Of a stretch of 64,000 nt of DNA, positions 11,458 through 20,852 are shown in pieces. Each line of letters opens with the position of its first letter. The first letter of the stretch is position 1. This DNA is from Rhodosorus marinus CCMP1338. Lineage: Eukaryota > Plantae > Rhodophyta. Under the pieces are notes generated by a model. The model was given only the letters and a program-made list of their open reading frames with translations. It did not search any database and had not been told where the DNA came from. Location of the stretch: positions 1,674,001-1,738,000 of the forward strand of contig JAMWBK010000007.1 of NCBI GenBank assembly GCA_029953675.1, given 5' to 3'. The position numbers and the translations under genes were made by a program.

Positions 11458-14400
11458 ATGAATATAGACTCGGAGATTGCGGCGCTGAGGGCCAAGGCTG
11501 AGGAGCTGAAGAAGAACGAAGACTCAATTGCAGCATTCTCCGGAACCTCGAGGGTGGCGCAGAGTATTGTGACTTCTCTGAGCTCCCAGTTGAAACGGCT
11601 GGAATACAAGCCCCAGTATTCTGTCCGTTTCTATGAGCATGCGAATTTCTCCGGCAAGGTCTGGGCCTTTACTATGGGCGAAGCAATATCGAACATGAGA
11701 AGCGGGCCAAAAGCACTTGCAGCAAGCTCGCTCAAAATCAGCCCCGGCGCTGAGGTCCTGTGCTTCACAAGACCGGGCTTCAGAGGCACGCCAATAAGAT
11801 GGAGCAAGGATGTTTCCTGGTTCGGAGCCCATAACGACAAAATACTGTCTGCAAAACTCGACTACAGCGGTGCCAGGAGAGCTGAGATTATCGCTCTCAA
11901 TGTTAAACTCGCGAACGCGCGTTTTGAGTTGGATCAGCTTGAAAGGATCAACACAGAGAACATACAAGCAACCGCGAACCAGAGCCTCCAAGAAGTGCTC
12001 GCGGAGATCCAACGACTGGAGGCGTACAAGAGGTCTGACGCATTCGAACATAGCTCTATGGAGTTGGAGGTTACTGCCGAAGCTGGAGCTCAGGTAGGAA
12101 GTGTTTCAGTGGGAGGTGTTAAACTTAACCTAGTTAACACAGAGTCGGATGAAGTTGCGGCAAAGTGGAGTATCGTCGATGCACTACACTTTGTGGCTAT
12201 CGAAGCTATGAGCGGGTCTATACTGCAGGTGGTTATCGTTAAGGAGACGGAAGTAGAGTCTCTTGGCACCGCTCTTGACGATATGATCCATGGCGAAGAT
12301 CTATCCGATGGGACTCTGGTTACTGTTTTCAGTCGTGGCGTCGTGAAGGCTTTGTATAACCAATCACGAGTACAGAGCGCTCTCCAGGCAATCGGTGTCG
12401 ACACCACTTCGGAGAAAGTTGAGAGGGGTCGGGAAGATTTTGACTATTGTGCTGTTGGCTTTAAAGGAGCTGCATTGGGGCTTGCACGCGAGGTCTTCAA
12501 TGTCGGTTCTGAAGGGAAGGCAACGCTGACAATGTCCATCCCAAGAATGACTCGAGTGGAAGGAGCTCAAGTAAGCCCGCTACCCAAAGAGAATGCGATC
12601 CTCGCGGAATCGGCATCGGACGCGACGGGGAGGAGCTTCGCGGCAATCACAGTATCTGGTGTTGAACATATTGGTTGCTCGGCAAGTGCGAGGAAAACTT
12701 GCTGGCGGGGAATTAACGCTCTGAAGATCGATTCATTCTCCCAAGCTGTCACAACGGAAGTATTCGGGACTCATATGGCAGAGGATCAGTCTCAAAAACT
12801 CCTGGAATGGTTAGCGACCTTAAAGCAGGGCGACATTTTTGCTCTTGCTGTTAACGGTGATGGCTTTAGTGCTATGTCAGAAAGTTGTATTGAAGCGCTT
12901 ACCCAGATTGGATCAAATCTCAGGGAGAAGCTTCACCGCTCCTACGCTCTAGTTGGCTTCCGAAACTCGTCTACGGGTAGACTCACGGCATATGACGAAG
13001 CATTTGAAACAACGGACGCTTTGTCCGTTGAGAAATCGACACCTGTTGCGGCGTACCACGTAATCGAAGCGGCTCGCACTTCTTGGAAACGTGAAGTTCC
13101 ACACGGGACGACAGCTCTAGCCTTGGAAATTGCAAGCAGCCGTGAAGGAGCTCGAATCTGCTATGCGAATAAGCTCGTTGCTGCAAGTCATCCGTTGAGG
13201 TCGTTTCAGCCAGTGGAGGCGGGACTTGCAATGCTGGTCATGGACGCGGTAACCGGCAAGGTCATTGAGTTTAAACGATTTGACACCGTGCTGAATGAGG
13301 GGCTGGGACGTGTCCTATTGTCCTGGATGAAAGCCTTACCCTGGGGCAGTTTGGTTGCAGTTGTTGCACCTGGCAAGGCAGTTGCTGCCCTTGCCAGACC
13401 CGGGTTGGCCGCACTGGGGCTTATCGGTGGGATAGTTAGCCGTGCCCCGCCAGAACAGAGGCCGTTGAAGGGGTACGCCATGGTGGGTCGCCGTGGAGCT
13501 CCAGTTGGCTCAGCATTTGAAACTTGGGGACATGAAGCCCTCCAACAAATCTCTCTGGCAGTGCCTTTGAACGATTCTACGAAAATGAATAGTTCCAGCG
13601 CGTTATTGATGCTCCAGGCGGCGAATTCTTCCAAACATTCTGAAGGATTTCAGACCATTATCCTGAAGTCACCTAACCCGTGGACCCCACCGCACGTGAT
13701 TGTCGGTCCTGAGGAAAATGGGCCAATTGAGGGAATGCAAAATGATATCGTCCTGGCCAATATGGATGCGAGCGACTTGCACGTACGCGGCGTGTCTTCA
13801 ATTAACGGGTCGACAAGTGGTGAGGCACAGCGAGCGCGCATTGAATGGGAGAAATCAAAGTTCGGAAATGACGCTTTGATTGTTGAGTTATACACGAGCA
13901 AGACAGCAAAGCACCAATCAAGGGGAGACGGAGTCAAGATCAAGTTTTCCAAAGCGGGTACGACTGAGTTTGAGAGTTCCCTGAGTTCCATCGAGCCACC
14001 CTATACTGAGAACGGCATCAGCGTCGTGTTGCCATTGGAGCAAAGTCGTGTCTCGGATGCAGAGCCACCAGGAGATTTGCAACCAAGGAGCATAGTAGCT
14101 GAATCTGTTGGTGATTACAATGGAATTGGAGCCGTAAGGATTACGCTCGGCGAAGAGGTTCTAGCCTCCTCTACGTCAGACCAGGACGTTGTTGGGTTCC
14201 TGGCTATGGCGCGCTTGACGACAACCAACGGTGAACTGGAGCATGAGCAACTAATTATTGACGTCAACACAGAGACAACCGCGTCGGATTTGACAGCAAA
14301 ACTGGAGAAGATTTCACGCTCATCACGGAGAGGTGACGTTATTGCTCTTAGCTTCCGAGGGGTTGATCCGATCCTGCTGCAAACGAACATCTTCGAGATG

Positions 14401-17289
14401 CTGGGTGCAATGGAGTATCAGGCGGCCACGGAGAAAAGTTCTTACTGCATCGTAGGTGTGCTGGAAGAGTTGAAACCTATGCGAAGCCTCCCACCAGCGA
14501 AAGAATCTCTTCGCGCGGATGCATGTCACCAACAGGATTGTGAACTCGCTCTTGCTCGAGCACAGCTCTGGTACAGGCCACATACGGACGAGAGGACAGT
14601 GATTCAAGTCGTGGCTGGAGTTGACAAGCTGGCAGTCAGAGTAGGTACCCTTATCGTCCTGGGAAGTCTCGAGGGAGCTGCTGTCAAGCATCCCCGTGAG
14701 GGATGGAATGTGGTCGTTCTGGAGAAACACTCTTCTACGGTAACCGGAATCCATCGCTTTGGTTTTGAGGACCAAATGAAACTCGAGAGAAGACTGAAAA
14801 TGATTCGTGCGACAGAACTAGTGGTTCTTGCATTTCGAGCACCAGCATTTGGGCTCATTATACCCAAAGAATCGCTCATCGGCGCTATAACAAGGCTGGG
14901 TGCAGAGGAGTTTGCAAAACTGCCCACACTTTCGGGCCCATTTTCGTACGGCTTCATAGGTGGACCTGGGGAAGCAGGCGAGGAGCGTATTGCAACGGGC
15001 GAAGATCACGAGGTCAGGTTGGCCAAGAGCTACGTCCAGCTGCCGGCTAATCTTGGCGGCGAACCGCCCGCGATGGACGAGGAAGGTGCTAAGAACGAGC
15101 CGTTTTCCAATGAGACGCTATCCCTTGAGGAGGTTGTTGTATCCAAAGAAGCGGTGTTTGGCCCACGATACGATGACAACGGTGAATCTCAACTCGCCCA
15201 GAGTTGGGGTTTCCGATGTATTGTTGCCTGCGATCGACCGCTCGTGCTCTCTCTCACCGCAGAAGACTGGTGCTCGGTCTATGTCGATGGCGGATGGCAT
15301 TCCGTGGGACCGGGACGCCTGGTCTCTGTGAAGACAACAGTTGGGGATGAGATTCACATGTCCGTTCCATGCAACCGCCTGGAAATCACCTGCCCGGCGC
15401 TCATCTTAGCAAGCGGATCATCCAGGATGCGTCTGGACCTCACAGAAATCTCAGGGCTTAAAAGGTTTGTTGGTGAAGCGCTTGTAAACTCACTTATAGA
15501 TGAGCGCAAAAACGGTCGTGCTTTTTCGGCTAAGGATGAATGGAGCGAAAACTCGCTTCAGAGCATACAAAGCGCCTTAAGAGCAATACAAGCGAAGCAC
15601 CACCAAGAAAACAAGTGGAGTGTCCTGGAAGCGTCATTTGTGCTGCATGTTGAGAACCCGACATCAGCGCTGTACGCGGGACTCTCCAGTTTTCATCGCT
15701 TGAGGCGAGGTAGAGAGCCGACTGAGCCTCACCGTTTTCGCACAAAGATATACAGAGAAGGGAGCACTGCTGCTGTGCGTGAGGAAAGCGAGGGTCGGGG
15801 GCGCTGGCAGTATGGGTACCGGTTGCCGCTTGATGTAGAGTCACCGCGGTTGCTGAAAGCAATTGAAGATTTGCGGAGCAGGCGCACACTGCTTCGAACT
15901 CTCGCCGTTGAGGCTCGATCTGGTAGCGCGAGAATCTTCCTTGAGGTGGTTCATGAGGGAGTTAAGGACACACTCGAGGTTCAATTAGGTCGCGTGGATA
16001 GCTCGGAGAAACGGGTCTTCTTGGGGCACCTAATGGATATCCTATTGGGCTTACTAAACTGTCCGTTCAAGGAGTATTCAACGATAATCGCCAAGAAGCT
16101 TGGAGGTTTTGTTGGATACGACGCCAGGAGTCTCCTCTGGAGACAACGACTGCTGCTGTCAAACTTGTGGGCCAGATCGCGGAAGACATTGAACAAACTT
16201 GATGCAGCCCCTGATTCATCTGTTGGGCACTTGAGTGATCTCGGTAAAACCACCATTGACCACACCGGTCTGATTGCAGAGCGAGCGCTGCTGACGTGGA
16301 CCGTAGTGGTGCAGGACCAGCCAGAGATCTTTGTAAACGTGGCTCCAAATGTTGTTTGGATGGATGAACTGTTGCTGCAGGGAATCTGTTCTGCGGAACG
16401 GCCTAGTAATCTCGCTACGAGCCCATGGAGCTCTATGGGTATGATCTTGGATTCTACTGAAATGAAAGCTCTCGACGTCGAAGATCTACAGTCGCTGCAA
16501 CTCGTCGCCATGAAGATGTCGACTGTGAATAGGAATACTGACAACGCGGGGGAGGCAGTTTCGAATCTGCGTGGCACTGAATCGATTCCGAACTGGACCA
16601 GAAAATGGTTCTTGGGCAATGACGTCGAAGAGCCTGGGCCTTTGGACGCTGTTTCGTCGCCCTTGACGGAGCCCCGAGGACAATATAGAAAGGAAATCGC
16701 TCGCGATGTGCGTGAGCTGCTCAACCTTGCATTGACCCAATCGGTAACGCTTCCAGGATTCACGGAGATCTACAAGCTCTTCTTCCGAGCCGGTTCCCAC
16801 ACGATCCTCGATGGGTTCATGATGGCAAGTGCCATCCTGATGAATTGCGTCGAGAAAACTGATACACTCTTTGACTCTGACGAGAGCGCTCTCCCACGGA
16901 GCCGTTCAGTTTTTGAGAAGCTCTCGGGATTGGACGAAGAGGGCGAAGTGGAATCACAAGATCCGGTGGTCATGCCAGACGCTGAGTTGGAAACAATCAT
17001 ACCAAGTATGCTCAGGCCAGAACGTCTGCTGCAGGCGAGCGGAATTACCAGGAGGGTGGCAAGCCGATTGCACCAGCATTTGGAGCGTACAATGTGCTCA
17101 CTCGCAACTCTGGATCAATGGAACGAGTGGAGTGTCGCGCTGGAGTTCGCCGCAATCTTGGAGATTATCTTACTAGCGATGGAAGGTGGTGGTGAGCTTG
17201 TACATGCAAGGTGTTTGCTCCTTTTACCAATTGTTTGGACATTGACAAGGAAAGCGGAAGAGCTTGGAAAGACCATTGAAGGCTCATGA
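11458..17289 (+). CDS. 1943-aa multidomain protein: coiled coil, beta/gamma-crystallin domain, coiled coil, ~5-6 ILEI/PANDER-like repeats, ~700-aa uncharacterised C-terminus
   Basis: Two Greek-key motifs (VRFYEHANFSG..ASSLKI; FTRPGFRG..NDKILSAKL, aa ~54-134) are flanked by heptad-rich helices. Repeated units of the form G(I/L/W)xxxxxD..F(D/G)T..LxxWxxxL.xG.(V/I)xxxV..AL..IG..(S/G)Y(A/G)xVG resemble ILEI/GG domains. Single long ORF, ATG start, no signal peptide. Confidence 0.75.
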   Translation: MNIDSEIAALRAKAEELKKNEDSIAAFSGTSRVAQSIVTSLSSQLKRLEYKPQYSVRFYEHANFSGKVWAFTMGEAISNMRSGPKALAASSLKISPGAEVLCFTRPGFRGTPIRWSKDVSWFGAHNDKILSAKLDYSGARRAEIIALNVKLANARFELDQLERINTENIQATANQSLQEVLAEIQRLEAYKRSDAFEHSSMELEVTAEAGAQVGSVSVGGVKLNLVNTESDEVAAKWSIVDALHFVAIEAMSGSILQVVIVKETEVESLGTALDDMIHGEDLSDGTLVTVFSRGVVKALYNQSRVQSALQAIGVDTTSEKVERGREDFDYCAVGFKGAALGLAREVFNVGSEGKATLTMSIPRMTRVEGAQVSPLPKENAILAESASDATGRSFAAITVSGVEHIGCSASARKTCWRGINALKIDSFSQAVTTEVFGTHMAEDQSQKLLEWLATLKQGDIFALAVNGDGFSAMSESCIEALTQIGSNLREKLHRSYALVGFRNSSTGRLTAYDEAFETTDALSVEKSTPVAAYHVIEAARTSWKREVPHGTTALALEIASSREGARICYANKLVAASHPLRSFQPVEAGLAMLVMDAVTGKVIEFKRFDTVLNEGLGRVLLSWMKALPWGSLVAVVAPGKAVAALARPGLAALGLIGGIVSRAPPEQRPLKGYAMVGRRGAPVGSAFETWGHEALQQISLAVPLNDSTKMNSSSALLMLQAANSSKHSEGFQTIILKSPNPWTPPHVIVGPEENGPIEGMQNDIVLANMDASDLHVRGVSSINGSTSGEAQRARIEWEKSKFGNDALIVELYTSKTAKHQSRGDGVKIKFSKAGTTEFESSLSSIEPPYTENGISVVLPLEQSRVSDAEPPGDLQPRSIVAESVGDYNGIGAVRITLGEEVLASSTSDQDVVGFLAMARLTTTNGELEHEQLIIDVNTETTASDLTAKLEKISRSSRRGDVIALSFRGVDPILLQTNIFEMLGAMEYQAATEKSSYCIVGVLEELKPMRSLPPAKESLRADACHQQDCELALARAQLWYRPHTDERTVIQVVAGVDKLAVRVGTLIVLGSLEGAAVKHPREGWNVVVLEKHSSTVTGIHRFGFEDQMKLERRLKMIRATELVVLAFRAPAFGLIIPKESLIGAITRLGAEEFAKLPTLSGPFSYGFIGGPGEAGEERIATGEDHEVRLAKSYVQLPANLGGEPPAMDEEGAKNEPFSNETLSLEEVVVSKEAVFGPRYDDNGESQLAQSWGFRCIVACDRPLVLSLTAEDWCSVYVDGGWHSVGPGRLVSVKTTVGDEIHMSVPCNRLEITCPALILASGSSRMRLDLTEISGLKRFVGEALVNSLIDERKNGRAFSAKDEWSENSLQSIQSALRAIQAKHHQENKWSVLEASFVLHVENPTSALYAGLSSFHRLRRGREPTEPHRFRTKIYREGSTAAVREESEGRGRWQYGYRLPLDVESPRLLKAIEDLRSRRTLLRTLAVEARSGSARIFLEVVHEGVKDTLEVQLGRVDSSEKRVFLGHLMDILLGLLNCPFKEYSTIIAKKLGGFVGYDARSLLWRQRLLLSNLWARSRKTLNKLDAAPDSSVGHLSDLGKTTIDHTGLIAERALLTWTVVVQDQPEIFVNVAPNVVWMDELLLQGICSAERPSNLATSPWSSMGMILDSTEMKALDVEDLQSLQLVAMKMSTVNRNTDNAGEAVSNLRGTESIPNWTRKWFLGNDVEEPGPLDAVSSPLTEPRGQYRKEIARDVRELLNLALTQSVTLPGFTEIYKLFFRAGSHTILDGFMMASAILMNCVEKTDTLFDSDESALPRSRSVFEKLSGLDEEGEVESQDPVVMPDAELETIIPSMLRPERLLQASGITRRVASRLHQHLERTMCSLATLDQWNEWSVALEFAAILEIILLAMEGGGELVHARCLLLLPIVWTLTRKAEELGKTIEGS

Positions 17290-18443
17290 GGCCTCTGCGA
17301 AGCCATAAGAAAATGAACGAGTACGTCATGAGCATAACGAATCGAAGGGTAATCATCGGCAGTACCTAAGAGGTAGTTCGCCCTGTCTCTGGCTGGAGCA
17401 GACAATGATGTAGAAATCCAGATCCTCCTACGGACATTGATTCACAAGCGATTCGGCACAATGCCACTCGTGGCGCTGGAACTGGGGAACTGGTTGACTG
17501 GTGGAAGCAGTCCCTCGCAACTACTACTACTCGAGCGCATTCAATTCGCTCGACTCCTTGTTCTGTCAGTTTGTGCAGACACTGGAACTCCCGCCTTAGA
17601 TCAATCGATGGACTAAAGCCATTCTTCCACGAGCTGAATGCGGTTGTCAAGTACTAGGCAGGATTGTCCAACCAATTAAACCATCGATATCTCTCACCGA
17701 TTTCAATATCCAAGACCCACTCAGTCCAGAGCCGGGGGGGGGGGGGGGACGCGGGAGGGGGCCTTAGAACTCAGCAAACTTTCAATTGCACCAAAAAAAC
17801 CCTTTTCGTCCGCATCCACGCGACAGAACTCATCCAGTCGCGGCCACCACCACGATACAGGGCTTGATTCTCCTACCAAAGACAACTATGTAGTGGTTCT
17901 TAAGCTAAACGAGAGGATCGATACATTAGGTCCTAGAGAGCCCTGACCTTTTTATAGGATCTCTGATACTTCGATGGAATCGAAACTCTTCCTCGCTTTA
18001 GTGTGGCTGGTGCTTGAACATTTTGTCTTTGCCTGGGGGAGTCGGCATAGTTTTCGGCTTGTGTGTAGGGTGAGGTTGTGTTTACCTCGGCGGTAGCAAA
18101 TAGTTCCGAAGGCGACTTTTTTTATATTCGAAGTGACGTTGATTTGCGAGGTAGCTAACAAAGTCAGATCTTCTCACGAAAGCGAGTCTGGGATTTGTTC
18201 TGGGTGGGGGGGGAGTCAGCGACGAACCGCGTTTCATCGTGGGAACATACTGACTCAGCGCTTCCATGTTTGAATATCCTTGCTCGTCGCAGGGAGAGGT
18301 GCAGTTGAAACGAGTAGAGACAGAGTCTGAAGTTACAAGGGGTGAGATGGTCAGCCCTGACTTGTTTTCTAGCATTTTTGGAAACGGATAAGCTTCTGTT
18401 TTGGGGGTGGGAACTTGAAGGTTGAGTATCAGCTTGTATCCAT

Positions 18444-19592
18444 TTGGGCTTGTTTGGAGCTACAAGGGTAGCGATGGATACGTTTGAGTTGAACAGGGCC
18501 AGTGCGGTGCAGGGCGATCTTAGCAGTTGCCAACTTGGGGTCGGTTTCGACGTCCAGAAAATGCTGGTTCGATCACGTACGATCGATGACAATACGGTTG
18601 AGCTTGTAGACGATCCAGTCTCGGACAGGGACTCGATGGTATTTAAAATGGAGAGGTTGGACCAGTCAAAACTTGAAGAGGATCGTGTTAAAGTCCGTGG
18701 AGTATTTCGAGCGTCGTTCGGGCCTCTCGAAGCATCTGTGGAAGGCGGGTTCGAGCATGCCACTGAAAGTTCCAAAGCGAAAAGCTTTCTACGGTTTACG
18801 ATTGGAATAGTCCGACTTGTTCGCGGTCTAAAGAGCTTCTCCATCGGGCTAAGAGACGAGGTGGAGTTCGATGATGTGGACTTTCTGGACAGCTATGGAA
18901 CCGGTTACGTGTCCAGTATAAGCTATGGGGGTTACATGGAGGCCATCATGGAAGTCAATGAGAATACATCAAAAAGCCTCAATGTCTTTGACATCAAGGG
19001 CAAAGTAACGTCCGGGATTGTCACAGTGGAGGCCTCCATTAAGGCGGAAATCGAACTAGCATCTTCGGGCCGTGAAGTTGAGATCACAATTTCTCAGAGG
19101 GGTGGCAACGCGTGGAGTCTTGAACTGAGTCCGACGGTCGCTTCTTTCGCCAAGGTTGTGGGCAAGTTCGCTGAACAAGTCCGCTCCGCGAGAGTGGAAG
19201 ACCTCGTACCCGTCGCGATTACGATCAGCAAATACGAGAGCGCACCGCGCATCGCGCAGCTCGCTCAGCTCAGAAGGTTTTCGAGCTCTTTGCCAGTTGA
19301 TATCGTTTCGGAGCAAGTCTTGCTAATGGAGAACGTTCTTGCCATCCTTCGTGGTTACGGCGCGGCGCAAGTCTACATAGCTTCACAACTCCACGTACAA
19401 AAGGCGGTTCTTAACCCGCCAGCGTTCAGGAACCTCCTCGCCGCGTACCGGGAACTTTACAAAGGAAAATCCCGAGTCACGAAGGAGCTCGTCAGGGCCT
19501 CGCTAGATAGTGACCGTCTGAGCCGTGAACTCGTCAAGTCCCTGCCGCATGCATTTGAGGTGATGAGTTTATACGACTTCGGAGGATCTTGA
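18444..19592 (+). CDS. MACPF-like pore-forming protein, paralogue 3 (likely ATG start at 18474; ~372 aa): MACPF domain plus short helical tail only
   Basis: LGVGFD; YGTGYVSSISYGG signature; LVPVAITISKY; TMH-like segments align by eye with the other three paralogues. Confidence 0.8.
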   Translation: MGLFGATRVAMDTFELNRASAVQGDLSSCQLGVGFDVQKMLVRSRTIDDNTVELVDDPVSDRDSMVFKMERLDQSKLEEDRVKVRGVFRASFGPLEASVEGGFEHATESSKAKSFLRFTIGIVRLVRGLKSFSIGLRDEVEFDDVDFLDSYGTGYVSSISYGGYMEAIMEVNENTSKSLNVFDIKGKVTSGIVTVEASIKAEIELASSGREVEITISQRGGNAWSLELSPTVASFAKVVGKFAEQVRSARVEDLVPVAITISKYESAPRIAQLAQLRRFSSSLPVDIVSEQVLLMENVLAILRGYGAAQVYIASQLHVQKAVLNPPAFRNLLAAYRELYKGKSRVTKELVRASLDSDRLSRELVKSLPHAFEVMSLYDFGGS

Positions 19593-20852
19593 GAACAGTC
19601 ATACTCAAAAAGCCGACTAGAACGAGAACCTAGCCCTCCAGTTGGCTTTGGGTCGGCTTGCAGGTCCGTCTATGGTCATCTGGGTCTAACGCGTTGGATC
19701 GCTGTGCATGCTCTCCATTTCTTCCTGAGCCTCAGCCTGAGCGGCTACCCACACCCGTGAGGAAGCGGTCCCAGACATGTGTCTTTCGCCAGGGCTACCT
19801 ATTGTTATTGGTGTCATCTCCATCGCTCTTTTCGCGGTGGAGAAAAGAGCCAACCAGACGGGTCAATAGCTGCGTGGTCTTGGCTTCTGCAATTTTACAT
19901 GACGTCTTCCCACCTTGCAGATGGCTCGTAGGCGAGTTCGATGAATCATGAAACTCATTTTAAAATCAACCGTCTAGTAGAGTCCCGTCCGTGCTGAATA
20001 GCTCGGCTATCGTTGACTTTCTTGGAGGGGACAAAGTAGTCTCGAGGTTCGATATTTTGGTTGAAGACCTCTGCACGCTTGCGACGGGATCGCCGACCTC
20101 CATAGCGGGAGTAGATGGCGAGATTCTCCATCAACCGGTTCTTTATAGAGCCTAATAGTCCATCACTGGTCCTGCTGTTGAGGCATTCAAAGTGTCCAGC
20201 GGGTTGACTACGTTGAAAACGAAAACCAAAGGATTAGGTTGGGTCCTCGAGGCGCACCAAGTGGAGGAACTTGAGCAGTTCGGATATACCTCTTTCTTTC
20301 CGCTGATTCGGATATATACGTAGCTTACTTTGTGTCCGGAGCTAGCTTCCGCACCTAATTTTGGTCGATAACTGCCATCGATCAGTGACTAGAAGATGGC
20401 AGGATGGCAGGATAGATTCTACGCGACACTGGTTCTGTGACTTGTGGCAATTGTTTTAGAAAGACTCACATTTGGATCGGATCAGTTACTGATCGGCTAA
20501 TGATCCACATTTATGAGACCAACTGATTCAGTTAGTCACGTGTTTTGGTTTTCAGTCGGACAAAGGGACCGCACGAAATCTGTGACGGCGGTCATAGTGG
20601 CGGGTAGCGCAAGGGGAGGATTGGGAGGAATCAGCGCCTCGATTATAGGAGCTAGGCGGTTACAACTAAGTGGGCGACTCCTCCCCAAGTTGATATGGAG
20701 CACTAGAGTCCTTGGTGGAGGTTTCCTGCTTGTAGTACTCGTTGGCCCATAGAAACTTCGCCGAGACACTGTCAAGCAGAAGCCTTTTTCTCTAATTACG
20801 TCCATCTTTTTCTTAACCGCTCGGTGGTCCCAGAAGTACCAGGGTTCTAAAC

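Noticed and set aside
17300-17650. Weak non-LTR-like peptide (SLSAPARDRANYLL..RYAHD) on the minus strand
   Set aside because: Too degenerate for a supported call.
19900-20250. Weak RLE-like words (VVNPL, YFVP) on the minus strand
   Set aside because: Only short motifs in different frames.
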